NCBI RefSeq assembly: GCF_009914755.1
Contig: NC_060930.1
Source of the DNA: the human T2T-CHM13v2.0 reference genome, Homo sapiens
Length of the DNA: 64,000 nt
Direction: 5' to 3' (one strand)
Shown here in pieces: positions 27,217-40,375 of this stretch (positions are counted from its first letter, which is position 1; each line of letters starts with the position of its first letter). The notes beneath the pieces are model-generated. The model ran no database searches. It had not been told where the DNA came from and saw nothing but the letters and a program-made list of their open reading frames with translations. Made by a program: the position numbers and the translations under genes.

Positions 27217-30200
27217 ATCTGGGTCAGATTGGAATGGGGCTCCAATTCCCAAAATGAACAGAGTGATGTGGACCCCGACCCTGCCCCCTGGACACTGTGA
27301 AGCGCCGCCCCCGCCCTTCCTCCCAGGGGCTCCTGCTTCGCGTTTGCTCCCCAAGGTCACGAGATGCCTGGCGCTCCAGCAGTAGAAAAGCACTAGGGCA
27401 TGTGGGGCACGTGGGTCGTCCTCACCGTGAAGACCCGCATCTGCTCAGGCACTGGAGATGCAGCTTAGGATGCTGCCCCTCGGGAAGAAAGACACTGGAT
27501 CGCAGCGCTGCAGAGTCCCCTTCCTGGAGCCTGCTGGGGTTTCAGGCCCAAGGCAGACAGCAGCTTCGATGTGGGAACGCTGGAGCAGGTTGTGAGCAGA
27601 GAGCACTGGGTCCAGCTCCTCGCTGTGCCGGAGAGGCCCAGAGAGGTTCAGGACTCGCCCAGTGTGGCCTGAAGGTCAGCTCAAATGCCCCGCATGGCGT
27701 TCTTGGGATTCGAGTTTCTTTTTATCGTAACATTTGCTTTTGGTGGTTTTCTTTCTCACTTGTTCTTTCTTTATTAAAACTAAATAGCATAGGCTCAAAT
27801 CCAGGGAGCAAACACCTAGGCCTCCGTCTTCTGCCACGTTTTGTGCACTCGCTCTCAGAAAGCCTAATTTTTCTTTACGATTCTTCGAGGGCGTATACAC
27901 AGCCAAGCCGAGCCAAGTGCCTGTGTCCGTGTGAGCCCTGGGCCCCAGGAGCAAATGAAAGCAAATGCGCCTGTCCACACCCAGACCTGCTTCTTCCCTT
28001 TGCAAGGGCAGGGCAGCCGCTCCAGCTCCACCGCTGAGCCAGGAAGGCCGGCCTGTGGGCCCAGAGAAAACAGACCAGCTCTGGGCTTTCTCAGCCTAGA
28101 GGCGAGGGGCCTCGGAGGAGGAAGCGAATTCCGTGGTTACGTGTTTGATCGCCTGGCAGGAGCCTTGTTGGACCCAGGAGTGAAGGTCTTGACCTGGCTC
28201 CCCTATTCTGCAGTGAGCAAGGCAATGGTTAAGACGAGAGCTGCCTTTCTAAGAAAGCTAAGAGGCCAGCACCTGTTTCCTCAGTCACTGGAGAAATTAT
28301 TCAAGTAGCCCCCACATGAAGCAGAGGTCTTGCCACGTGAAGGAGGCAAGTTCCTTACACTGCTTAGGAAAAGACAATCTACATTGTGGAGGAATTAATT
28401 CTTTTTACTTTTAGGTTATGCGAGACAGACCTGTCTCACTCCTCGCACAGACTCAAGTCCGCGCCCCCGTTTCTGCTCCCTGTGCAGAAGCAAAGTCTTC
28501 ACCACTGTGGCTTGGGGTGTGAGGAAAGAAGGTGGAAAAATCTGAATTCTGTTGCCAGCGTCTGTTTTTCCTCGTCAGGAATAATTGACGATGTGTGCGA
28601 GATTTCTGCAGGCACAGCTCGGATTACTTGAGGTCGTCCAGAGAAGGGGAGACAGCTGCATTTTTCTCTATGTTTTATGAAGAAATCAGAATCCATGCAG
28701 TTAACAGGAACACCTGGCCGTGGCGATTCCGCAGACAGGCCTGAGGCACTGGGGTTCCGCCGCGACACTCCACATTCTGCTACAGCCTGTGTCTCCTCTG
28801 CATCACTGTGGGCCACAAAAGGCAATGGGCTCTACTCTCTGATTATCACCCAAAGGAAGGGCTATAGGTCACTCTAAAGCCAAACATCATTTAGCAAAAG
28901 TGCGTGGCAACTTAACGCGTTCTGTTACCTAGGCCTGTGTTTAACGGCCTGTGTATCTTGGAGAGTGCGCCAGGAAGTGGCATCACTCAGATTCCAGGGG
29001 TCTTTACCAGAATTTTAGGTAACGGCTGAAGGAGATGTTGGGCTACACCTGCTTGAATTGTTTGTAGGCTGAAAATGTGGTGATAGAGACCCGGGGCCCT
29101 GACAGCCCAGTTCTCTGTTGCCTGAGTTGGCCTGGGTTGGCCTGGACCTGCCGGGAGAGTCATTCTTCTACCTGCTGTGTTTGATTATAGGAGTCTTAGT
29201 TTATGTGATTCTCAAGACAAGGAGCTTCTCATTTAACCAGCTTCAGAGAAGAGACACACTCCAGGCCCCATAACCTTGGAGGAGCTAGATATTTGTAAAA
29301 ATCTAGCCCAAGAAAAATATGTATAGAAAATTACCATGAAACACACCCCCAGCTCCTGATAGGCCAGCATGTTGACTTTGGGTTAGCCGTGAGCTGAGTG
29401 TATTATAGACACCCATTTCTCCTCTAGTAAGACTGAGTCTGCTGACTGCAGGGTTATGCCAAAGGCTGATAATTGAAGCACCTTATAAAAATTGCCCTTT
29501 GGAAAGTGTGATATTGTTTGTTGAGATTTAGGTGAGTGCACTGTTAGCTGTTATGTTAGAGGCACAGGGAAGATTTCTCTCTTGTTTTAATATCAGGAAT
29601 TGGTATTTTATCTCCTGATTGCTTGCTCCATGCTGAGCTTTTAATTTTTATTAGATTTCCCTCTTTTTCTTGTCTGTATTACTCTCTGCGGGCAGGATGT
29701 CAGGAAGAAAAATGATGTGTTCCTTAATGAGAAAACAACTGAGAACTACAAAATCCAGTGACTCTGGTAGTTGCTCAATGTGATCCAATTCAAACAAGAA
29801 ATCAATTATAAACTTCCATTCAATGGAGTGATATATTGCTTTGTCACTGGTAGATTCAAAATGGCCTTTAGCTCTGAGCCTGTGGTCCTCATCTCAGGGA
29901 CAGGCAGCAAGAACTCAGTATACAGTAGGAGCCACTGTGCCCTGAGATGTAGTTGTAATCAGCCTGCACAGGGGTGGACTGTACTGCACAGCTGTGAGGG
30001 CACGTGCAAGGGATCCTTTCAAACTGTGCCTCCACTGGAAACTGAAAATTGTCAGAATTCAAATGGAGTCACTTCTGCCAAGCCCAGCTAAGCGGAGGAG
30101 AAAGGCCCACAGGAGGGGCCCTCACACACACCAGTGGGGAAAACCACAGCCTTGCACAAAGGCACTGCAGGCTCCCACGGAGAAGCCTTCTGTGTGGACA

Positions 30201-32450
30201 TCAGCCAGTGACTGCCCGTTGAACCCTGGACTAACGCCACTCTTGCCATCCATCCTTGTCAAGGAGGCATGTTTCACAACCACCTTCCTCACCCCACAAG
30301 CCCTTGCCTTCCTTGGCCTCCCTGGGCGCGCCTGTGGCCCCCTAGGTTTGCCATGGCTCACGGATTCTGGGGTTGCACTTCTTTGTTGATTCCCAGATAA
30401 ACACACTTTGGAGAGCCTCACTTTCTGTTGATATTTTAGCTTGACAAAACAAAGGGCCTCGTCGAGACATACACTTTCTTGAAAACAAAACAGTAACATC
30501 CCGTTGTCCTCTGTGTGGCTACCTCCCAAATAAAAACCGAGGGCTGGAGAACATCATGCTGCCATAAATTAATATCACCTGAAAAAATATAAGTAAACAC
30601 TGAGCTTTAAGTGAAACACTTCGTTCCAAAATGGAACTGGATTTCTGTTTGCTGTTACAGTGATGGTTTGTGACAGTCTGTTTAAAAGACTGTGGGCCAG
30701 GTCTCCGGACACTCTGTAGTAGATACTAAACACAGCTTCCACATTAGGAAACGGGAGTATGTAATTTGGAGAAATAGTCTAAATTGGAAAATGCAAAACT
30801 AGCAGCATGTATCCAACATAAATTATACTTTTATTTGACCAATTCCTTCTCCTAAGTCCCCACGTCTCACTCTTGTCTGCCTATTCAACATGGATTCTGG
30901 AGGACCTGCTGCAAGATTACTAAACTGTGCGTGGTACAGTAGATGGGACTGTGCTGAAGGCACTACCTGCTCTCCGTAGATGCCTGCCTCTGAAGGCCTT
31001 TCCTTCAGTCCCTTGGCCCTGCCTTTGAGCGTGGTGCCCCGCCGGAGAATGAACTTTAACCAGGCCATTCACTGCTGCAGAGACCACTCTTCTCGGAACA
31101 CACGGTTTCCGACCTTGGGCCGGTCACGGAGGCGTGGGTGGAGGGCAGTCCGGTCCCTGAGAGGGAAGGGCAGGGGGCCCGGGACATGGGCTGCGCAGGG
31201 GTTCCACCCTCCGCGTTGGCTGGCAGGCAGGCGAGGGGGACTCACGGCCTCTTTTCAGCTCTCTCTTCTCTGGGGAAAACTTGCCCTTGACAGCCCTGCT
31301 TGCTGCCTCGAGCTCCGAGAGGAGGCTTCGCAGTCACTGGAGCAGCTGTGCTCCTGCCTTTGCTGTTCCTGGAGTTTTGTGCACACAATGTGTGACACCA
31401 CTGGTTCTCCAGAAGGAGCCACCACACTGTTGTTCCCTCACTCAAGCTGCAAGGTGCAAGCCTTGGCTTCAGGGTCTCCGACAGGTCCTCATCGCCCCCA
31501 AGTGCCCTCAGTGCTGTCTTTTGATTCTTCCCACATGGGAAGGGATCAAGATAGGGCGGTCCCCCAGAAACCCCATTCATCGACCTCTTCCAACAGGCCT
31601 GCTGCTCTCCCAGTGCTGCTGGCTGTCAAAGGCTCCAGGTCCCAGGCAGGGCACCTGTCGCCACAGGACAGGCTGATTGGGTGCCGGGCTGCCTGAGCTC
31701 TGGACCCCAGGGATTTAATTCAGGTGGTCTCTTGTCATCTGGGAAATTTTAATCCAGCTGGGATTACTGTCCGCAAATCATTTGTCCAGAGTTTCCACCA
31801 GAAGGAATCCCTGTAGCTAGGTATCACCTTTTCTGTTTAAAAACACCCTCCTCAAGTACAGCCTGGGGAAGCTGAGAGTCATCAAGGAATGAAATGGACT
31901 GTTCAGGCCTTTAATTAAGCAGATGTGGACTGAGTGGGCAGCTGACTCTGTGAACAGATGAATGTGTGTGGGGAAGCTGGTCCCAGAGCTGTCTCCATGC
32001 AGAGTTCCCATCACTGGTCCTCAGTTTAATAGAATAGTATATTTTTAAAGCTCCGCTGAAGTGTAAGCATTTCTGGTGTTTATGAAGCTGACTTGGTAAA
32101 TCCTTTTGCCATCTTACTTACATTCCCTTTCAAAGCTTATTCTTTTGCTTGAAACACCGGGGTGGGTGGCTTGGTGGAGGCCGTCCTGGGGAAGCACCAC
32201 TGTGCTGTGAGCTCCTGCCCCATTCTTCAGGGGAACCCTCATTTCTCAGGGTTCTGGGGCTGCCTGTCCTGTCGTGGGGCATCTGAAGAAACCTTGAGAT
32301 GGTTGCAGCGTCTCGTTCATCTCCAACTCAGGGTGCCACACCAATGCTCTCCCTCCGTGGCCACTTCTTGTTAAAGATGTGTGAGGTAGAAAGAAGACAG
32401 GCCCTCTTAGCTTGATTTGATTCCCTAAACTCAACAACAGAAGCCTGTCC

Positions 32451-33519
32451 TGTTGCGGGAAGTCAGGGACCCCAAACGGAGGGACCGGCTGAAGCCATGG
32501 CAGAAGAACGTGGATTGTGAAGATTTTATGGACATTTGTTAGTTCCCCAAATTAATACTTTTATAATTTCTTATGCCTGTCTTTCCTGCAATCTCTAAAC
32601 ATAAGTTGTGAAGATTTCATGGACACTTATCACTTCCCCAAGCAATACTCTTGTGATTGCCTATGCCTGTCTTTACTTTAATCTCTTAATCCTGTCAGCC
32701 GAGGAGGATGTATGTCGCCTCAGGACCACGTGATAATTGCATTAACTGCACAAATTGTAGAGCACGTGTGTTTAAACAATATGAAATCTGGGCACCTTGA
32801 AAAAAGAAAAGGATAACAGCAATGTTCAGGGAACAAGAGAGATCACCTTAAATTCTGACTGCCGGTGAGCCGGGTGGAACAGAGCCATATTTCTCCTCTT
32901 TCAAAAGCAAATGGGAGAAATATCACTGAATTCTTTTTCTCAGCATGGAACATCCCTGAGAAAGAGAATGTGCGCTTGCGGGTAGGTCTCTGAACTGGCC
33001 CCCCTGGGCATAGCCGTCTCTTACAGTCGAGATTGCAGAGATGAAATAGACTCCAGTCTCCTATAGTGCTCCCAGGCTTATTAGGAAGAGGAAATTCCCA
33101 CCTAATAAATTTTGATCAGACGGTCTGCTCTCAAAACCCTGTCTCCTGATAAGATGTTATCAATGACAATGGTGCCCAAAACTTCATTAGCAATTTTAAT
33201 TTCACCCCGGGCCTGTGGTCCTGTGATCTCACCCTGCCTACACTTGCCTTGTGATATTCTATTACCCTGTTAAGTACTTGATGTCTGTCACCCACACCTA
33301 TTCGCACACTCCCTCCCCTTTTGAAAATCCCTAATAAAAACTTGCTGGTTTTTGTGGCTTGTGGGGCATCACGGATCCTACCAACGTGTGATGTCTCCCC
33401 CGGATGCCCAGCTTTAAAATTTCTCTCTTTTGTACTCTGTCCCTTTATTTCTCAAGCCGGCTGATGCTTAGGAAAAATAGAAAAGAACCTACGTGAATTT
33501 CGGGGCCGATTCCCCGATA
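32451..33519 (+). mobile_element. MER11 (B/C-like; HERV-K HML-8) solo LTR, sense
   Basis: TGTTGCGGGAAGTCAGGGACCCCAAACGGAGGGACCGGCTGAAGCCATGGCAGAAG start and ...GAAAAGAACCTACGTGAA...CCCCGATA end; 1069 bp; perfect 6-bp TSD CTGTCC (32445-32450 and 33520-33525). Confidence 0.93.
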
Positions 33520-33831
33520 CTGTCCCACAAAAGTCAGGCCTTGGAGCATCAGAGATGACCCCTCAAAGCATTTGGCAGTGTGCTGGGTTTGAAGTAGGTA
33601 CACACTGGGTGCAAGAAACTTAGAGGACAGGAAAGGTTCGGCTCTGCAGGACTAGGCAATGAGTGTTCCAGAGAAAATGGGCTTTGAACTAATTTATTAA
33701 CAATGAGAAAGATGTGAGTAGGTGGAGAATAGATGATGTTCCTAGGAGGGTAACATGGGCTGTGCTGCAGACATGAAAACTTAAGGATTGGCAACTAATA
33801 AAACTAACAGTACGTGCTTGGGAAAAGCTTT

Positions 33832-33973
33832 TCTTGAAGGAATGCAGACATTGGTTTGGTGAGCTTGTTTCTGGTTGGTTGTGTTTTCATATTTCCTCCT
33901 CGTCTTGAAGGAATGCAGACATTGGTTTGGTGCACGTGTTTCTGGTTGGTTGTGTTTTCCTATTTCCTCCTCA
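33832..33973. repeat. 71-bp tandem duplication
   Basis: TCTTGAAGGAATGCAGACATTGGTTTGGTG... at 33832 and 33903. Confidence 0.9.
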
Positions 33974-36011
33974 TGTTACATGTTTTCTAAGGAGGATGGA
34001 GTTTCCCATTACAGCCTTTGATTATGTGTCCAGGTGAGAAGGTGCATGAGGTCTTTCTTCAGGAATTCTCCCTGAAGAGCAGAGTGAAGAGTTCATTTCC
34101 TGCACACAGCGGCTGAAAGCTCAGCCTTCCAGACCAGGCTCATGATGATGATGATCTGGAGGAGGACAGGGCTGCTCAACCAGGGATCCGAGCAGACCCT
34201 GCATTCCACATGCAATTCCTAAAGATCCAGGCCTATCACAGTCATCACACGTGAGCTCCGTTCCCCTCACTCAGCATTTCCAGACCTGATGCTTTGTGAA
34301 TATAAAATTGCATAATAATTCCCAAATCTTACAAACATCTTCATCTGAAATTTTGTCAATGACAGGAGGTTTTTGGTCACCTGGTTGATTAATGGTTGGT
34401 TGAGTTGGTTAATATTTAATGGCCTAACTCAGGAACATCAGAAGTGACATTCATATTAACCATCCATCTCAACGGCTGGGGCTTCCTTAATTAGATCACT
34501 TTGGCCATACGCAATTATAGAACAAGTCATCAGAACATAGTCGTGCCAAGAATCAACAACTTTGCTATCTTTGACAAATGTTTGTGAGATAATTGCCTTT
34601 AAAAGTACAAAACCAGAAACCATGTATGAAAATAATCACTCTCCCCTTATCAAAGGAAGTGCTTTCACTCTGGAGAGTTGATGAAATTATCTAAGCATCT
34701 GTTTTTTACTGAATAGTTTCAAATCAGTGATTACCTGATTGTTGAAAACACTGCACCTCCAGTACGTACACAACCCAGGTGCATGACTTTGGCTTTGTTG
34801 TATTTCATATTGTAGATGTTGGCTCAATGTTGCAGCCACCATAATTTTGAGCTATGATTTTTTGAAATTTTGCTATCCAGCCTATTATAAGCTATCCTTG
34901 TGTTTATGCAATTTCTGTTTGATATACAGATGGTTAATGTCCTTCTTCATCCACAACATTGTAACTGGTTTTGGAAAAGGAGCAGGCTAAGGACAGAATT
35001 CTGTGGCTCGTCCTCAGAAGCTCCCAGAGACTGTCATCAGCCCATCCTTTTGATGCCTTTTCCCTAAAGCTATTGAACCAGATGTGAATTCGCTGACCTC
35101 TATTCAGAGATGGGGCTCCTGGGGAAGCCTTTTGGGTCCCACCCACCATTCCTCTCAGGTCTGCAGGTGCAGAGCGGCTTCCCCCTTCCCCAGGGGTCCT
35201 TGGCTCAGCTCCCAGAAGCCCCAGCTGTCTCTCCAGCTTCAAGCCACAGGAGTTCACTCTCTGTCAAGTGTTGATGAGAAACCAGGTAAACCCAATCTGC
35301 ACTGCTGTTTGAGGACGTAGGGCTGAGATGACTTCATTTTCCTCCTCTGTGTCTCCTGCCAGGAATGAGTAAGGAGGTGGATAATCTGCAAAATAAACTT
35401 CGGAAAATTTGGTGTATTCAGATAATCATTTGAACCTTGAGGAATGTATACATGTAAAATGTTTTGCTATTTGAAAGCTTCAGAAACTGTATCAGACATG
35501 CCCCACCTCCCAGAGGTCCTGATCTGCATTTCCCCATTTCTTAATTTCAGTGGACAAATCCCCAGAGCTCTATAGATGGTCCAAGATATGCGGGAGGGGA
35601 GCCCAGATGAGGGCAGGGACAAGTAAGTGCTCCCTGCACATGGCTCGCTGCACACCGGCTTTGCCACATGGACTCCAGAGCTGCAAGGAAATAGGCCCTT
35701 GGCTCTCATGCACAAAGATTTGAACTATTGTAAAGAAAGAGGAAAATAAAATATGAAAAACTCAATAATTTAAGAATTACCCCAAACAAAAAAAAATACA
35801 GAAGCTGTCACAATACAATGCTTGGCCACTTGTCATTGAGGCAGAAGAAGAAGTGAGTCCTCCTTGCAGGAGACACAGAAGGGCCAAGGGCATGGGAAAA
35901 AATAACAGAGGTCAGGGTGTGAAAGCAGGAGGGTGTTCTTGGAGCAGAGACACTGTCATTTTGGGTTTAAGTTGAGTTTTTGTATAGAGAGAGTATGTGG
36001 TTATGGCACGG

Positions 36012-36390
36012 TGCTATGGTTTGGCTGTGTCCCCACCCAAATCTCATCTTGAATTGTAGTTCCCATAATCCCCATGTGTCGTGAGAGGGACCTGGTGGGA
36101 GATAATTTAATCATGGGGGTGGTTACCCCTACACTGCTCTTCTCATGATAGTGAGTGAGTTCTCAAGAGATCTGGTGGTTTTATAAGGGGATATTCCCCC
36201 TTCACTTTGAACTTCTTCTTCCTGATGCCATGTGAAGAAGGACATGTTTGCTTCCCCTTCTGCCATGATTGTAAGTTTCCTGAGGTTTTCCTAGACATGG
36301 GGAACCGTGAGTCCATTCAACCTCTTTCCTTTATAAATTGCCCAGTCTTGGGGATGTCTTTATTTAGCAGCGTGAGAACGGACTAATACA
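36012..36390 (+). mobile_element. THE1-family solo LTR, sense, apparently inserted into a MIR
   Basis: TGCTATGGTTTGGCTGTGTCCCCACCCAAATCTC start and ...GGACTAATACA end; near-TSD CACGG/CACAG. Confidence 0.93.
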
Positions 36391-36600
36391 CACAGGCTTT
36401 GCAGTCTGGCTAGGGGATTTCTAGAGCCTGTAGTCTATCATTGAACTGGCTACTTCATGGCTGAGCCTCTGTTTACTCATTAGGAAAAAAGAATGATACT
36501 AAGTCCTGAGATTGTTGGGTTATTGTGAGATTTGGATGAGACCGTGTCTGTAACTTTGCATGGCACAGGACTTATTGCATGCGATAATTGTGCATCAAGG
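36391..36600 (+). mobile_element. MIR remnant, continuing past the THE1 insertion
   Basis: CTGAGCCTCTGTTTACTCATTAGGAAAA and GGGTTATTGTGAGATTTGGATGAG resemble the MIR core. Confidence 0.6.
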
Positions 36601-37804
36601 GTTGGCTGTAATTAAAATGAGCATATTTATAACCTTCTTATGGGGATATTCTCCCCAGGTGGTCAATAGATTTAAGAGTGGGTCATAGGTCTCAGGATCC
36701 TACCACTTCATGCCCAATTCGAGTCTGAAATGAACACCGCAAACAACCCTCACTGAAGAGAACGTTGTTTCAGAATATTAAAAGTTCATGGTCCTGAGAG
36801 AGAAGTCCAGCAATTGAGATGGGAGCTAAAACTTTTGCATAGTGCAGCTGGTTTTCCAAGCGCTAGGCTACAAGACCAGAACTTGGCAGACATCTGAGCA
36901 ACATAATTATTTTGGAGAGTTTCCTATAGGAGAAGCTGTGTTATTTAAATGTTTTCCAGTTACAGAAATGGGCCATCGTAGACACTGTTTCTCTGTGTGA
37001 ATACAGGGACAGCAAACATTTGGGAGCTCTCAGCCTGATTTCTGATTTCCTTTGACTTTAAAAAATGTGTGTGGCTTTTAGTTACTTTCTAAGCATTATT
37101 TCAACATGACTTTATTGTGGTTTCATAAAATGGGCTATATTATATTTGGCTCAAGGAATACATTACTTTCAGAGGCCAGTTTTCAGATGCTCATTTAAAC
37201 AATGAGTTAGCAGCCTGCATGTCTTCAAGGATGCTTAAGTGACTCCTGATGCCACAGGATGTAGAACACAGCCTTGCTGAAAGGGTCAATAAACAGATCC
37301 CCAGGAAGAGCCTTCTCACGCCTCGTGAGCACTTCACGAGTTCTCTCTTATTTCAAACTTCAGAGCTATTTTATGGGGTTGGTCAAAATCCATCAAGAGT
37401 TTTATTACACTCTAACTGTGGTTCCTACTCTAGGTGATAAATAATTTAAAAGGCAGGATAAAGGGTGTTCACCAGACGTACGCCGGACATCGAGCAGTTT
37501 ATCATCTAGCTGTGGAGGTTTAACATGTACTAAGCTGGTGCTAATGCAGAATCCCAAGAGGAAATAAAGAGCGCAGGGAAAAAATAAACCCTCAGATCAT
37601 TCCATTCTGTGGGGGCAGCTCTTTCAGGGGTCCCGTGGCCCCGCGTGGGGCCACTGAAGCCTCCCTGCCAGCATTTTTATTTCATGTCTATTTTAATTAG
37701 CTTTTATGTTTAAGAAACACTTTATTTTTGGAGGAAAGTATTTTTTAGGTTCATCTGTCTAAAGGTCGCTTTGAAAGCATAAATCTTGCTGAGTCAAAAG
37801 TTTA

Positions 37805-38162
<358 letters not shown>

Positions 38163-39066
38163 TCAGATCATTCCAGGAAGCTTATAAAAATAAACATTTT
38201 GCTCACTAATTAATTTATATCCTCCTAATTTGAAAGCAATTTTACATAAAATTGAAATCTGGCAATGAAGGAGGAATAGCATGTCTGTTGTGTGACTGAT
38301 GAGGACAGCCCCCAGCCTGTGAGAAGTGTCTGCACTCAGAGCTGCTGTCTCCTGCAAAGACTTCTGCCGTGAAAGCTTTCAACCCAGTATGTGATTCAGT
38401 GGTTCTAATGCAGGTGTCCTCATTCCTGGGAGTCATTTATCAGCTGCATTCGGTTAAGGATGAGTGGCATGGTGCTCGGCACAGGTGGTCACACCAGCTC
38501 ATCATGCCAGCACAGTGCACTAAGAACAACATAGACAGACTCTAATGTCTCAGAGCCTGCTTCTTAGGATGGGTCTTCCCATCAGGAGCCATATAGTACA
38601 ATGTGAACACTTGCAATCAGCCTTCTCCTAAATGTATGCACTTTATTTCCTGATAATATGTGTTGGTTGTAGATGCCAGTGTTGAGGTCAGTGACATGAT
38701 TAGCTGATCACATGCTTAATAATGTTGTTTTGGATAGGCTTCTATATTTAAACATGTACCAGACAGTAGAGCTAGAAACCTCTGTAGTTATTTCAGGCAC
38801 ACAGGGACTCCCCACGAAGGAGTACACACTCACAACATTGTTGGAAGGACAGAAAGTGATAGCGGTCAAAGCTGCTGCTGGGCTACTGCAGACAAAGGTA
38901 TCTCTCTGTCACTGTGATCCTGAGATCAGGAATTGGCTCACCTTGCTGTGACTGCTGCGTGAGAACTGCTTGCTGCTCACCCTAAAGAGAGCTGGTGGCC
39001 GAGGCTGGTGTTGCAGCTGCCCCTGAGGGCACACATGCCTGGCCCTGGCCATCAGTGGGGAATATG

Positions 39067-39225
39067 CCTCCTGCCTCCCTCCTCCCGCCTCCCTCCTCCC
39101 GCCTCCCTCCTCCCACCTCCCTCCTGCCCGCATCCCTCCTCCCTCCTCCCCCCTCCCCACCTCCCTCTTCCCTCCTCTTTCCTCCCTCCTCCCTCCTGCT
39201 TTCCTCCCTCCTCCCGCCTCCCTCA
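39067..39225. repeat. CCT/CCCT polypyrimidine low-complexity tract
   Basis: Nearly pure C/T (CCTCCCTCCTCCCGCC). Confidence 0.9.
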
Positions 39226-40126
39226 CTCATTCCAAGTCCTCTCTGTGCATCCACTCAAGTCAACTCAATCCAGACGTAGATGTGAGGGACACGAGGAAAT
39301 GGAGTTTGTTTATTTTTTCACTTTTTTGATCTTTCTAACTGAGGTAGTTGGACCAGAGGGTCTAACACTGAGTAGTTTGAAAGCCAGCATGTTGGGAATA
39401 AAAACAATAGCATATTAACCATGTCTGAAAAAGAAAGTGTGAATGAAAACCATGCAGTGTGAAGCTGGGTGTGGTCCATTAACAAACCCAGATGACGCCT
39501 GTGTGCCAGGGTGGCCGCGGCCTTCTTGGGAGCAGGACTGTGTTTGTGGGGAAGGTCATCACTGTTTCTGCAGTTTCCTGGACCTGGAAGTGAGTTGTGG
39601 CGTCCACAGGACAGCTGAAGTCCTGCATGCTCATCACCTTATTGTGACAGCAGCAAGGAGGTTGTTTCATTTAATGGAATATGCTTTTCTACTCCTTGCG
39701 TCTTCTTACCCAATTCTATCACAATACTTTTAAGAAACAAATGCTGCCCAGTTTTGTGGGTGTCGACTTGCTAGAGGATCCTGGAGAAGCATACAGCTGA
39801 GCTGCCAAATGTTTGCGTTTTCCTTTGCGAGGAACATTTCTGTTGCCGGCCTCCACCAGGCTTGTAACATTTCATAGAGTCCACTGATTCATCTAATTCC
39901 TAAGTTACGTATAATTTGTGAAAGACCATGACATTTACCTCCATTTAAAAACTGCTTCTTCCAAACAAAACTGCAAAACCAGTGCCTGAGACCTTGAGAG
40001 GAGAGAAGGATTCCTGTCTGTTTGTGCTGCTTGCAATTCAGGAGCAGCCTCTTCCTCCCCTTCCCTACGGGGAAGGGGAAGCTGGGCCTACGGAGGCCTC
40101 AGGTGTCAATGTGTTTCCCAGGGCGT

Positions 40127-40375
40127 GCTGGATGCTGAGCTGGAGCTGGATGCTGAGCTGGAGCTGGATGCTGAGCGGGAGCCAGGCGTGCCCCTGCCCC
40201 GCCCCTGCCCCACCCTGCAGCGCCCAGGGAAGGATTCCCTCTCCCTGCACATCTGCGCACTCCCTGGCCAGTCCCTGCCCTGCCCCTGCCCCACCCTGCC
40301 CTGCCCCTGCCCTGCCCAGGAAGCATTTCCTCTCCCTGCACACCCACACACTCGCTGGCCAGTCCCTGCCCTGGC
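40127..40375. repeat. 18-bp repeat (3 copies) followed by CCCCTG-rich imperfect repeats
   Basis: GCTGGATGCTGAGCTGGA x3; CCCTGCCCCTGCCCC blocks and a duplicated CTGGCCAGTCCCTGCCCTG. Confidence 0.8.

Noticed and set aside
39148-39160. Match to PRDM9 motif CCNCCNTNNCCNC
   Set aside because: Expected by chance in a C/T low-complexity tract.
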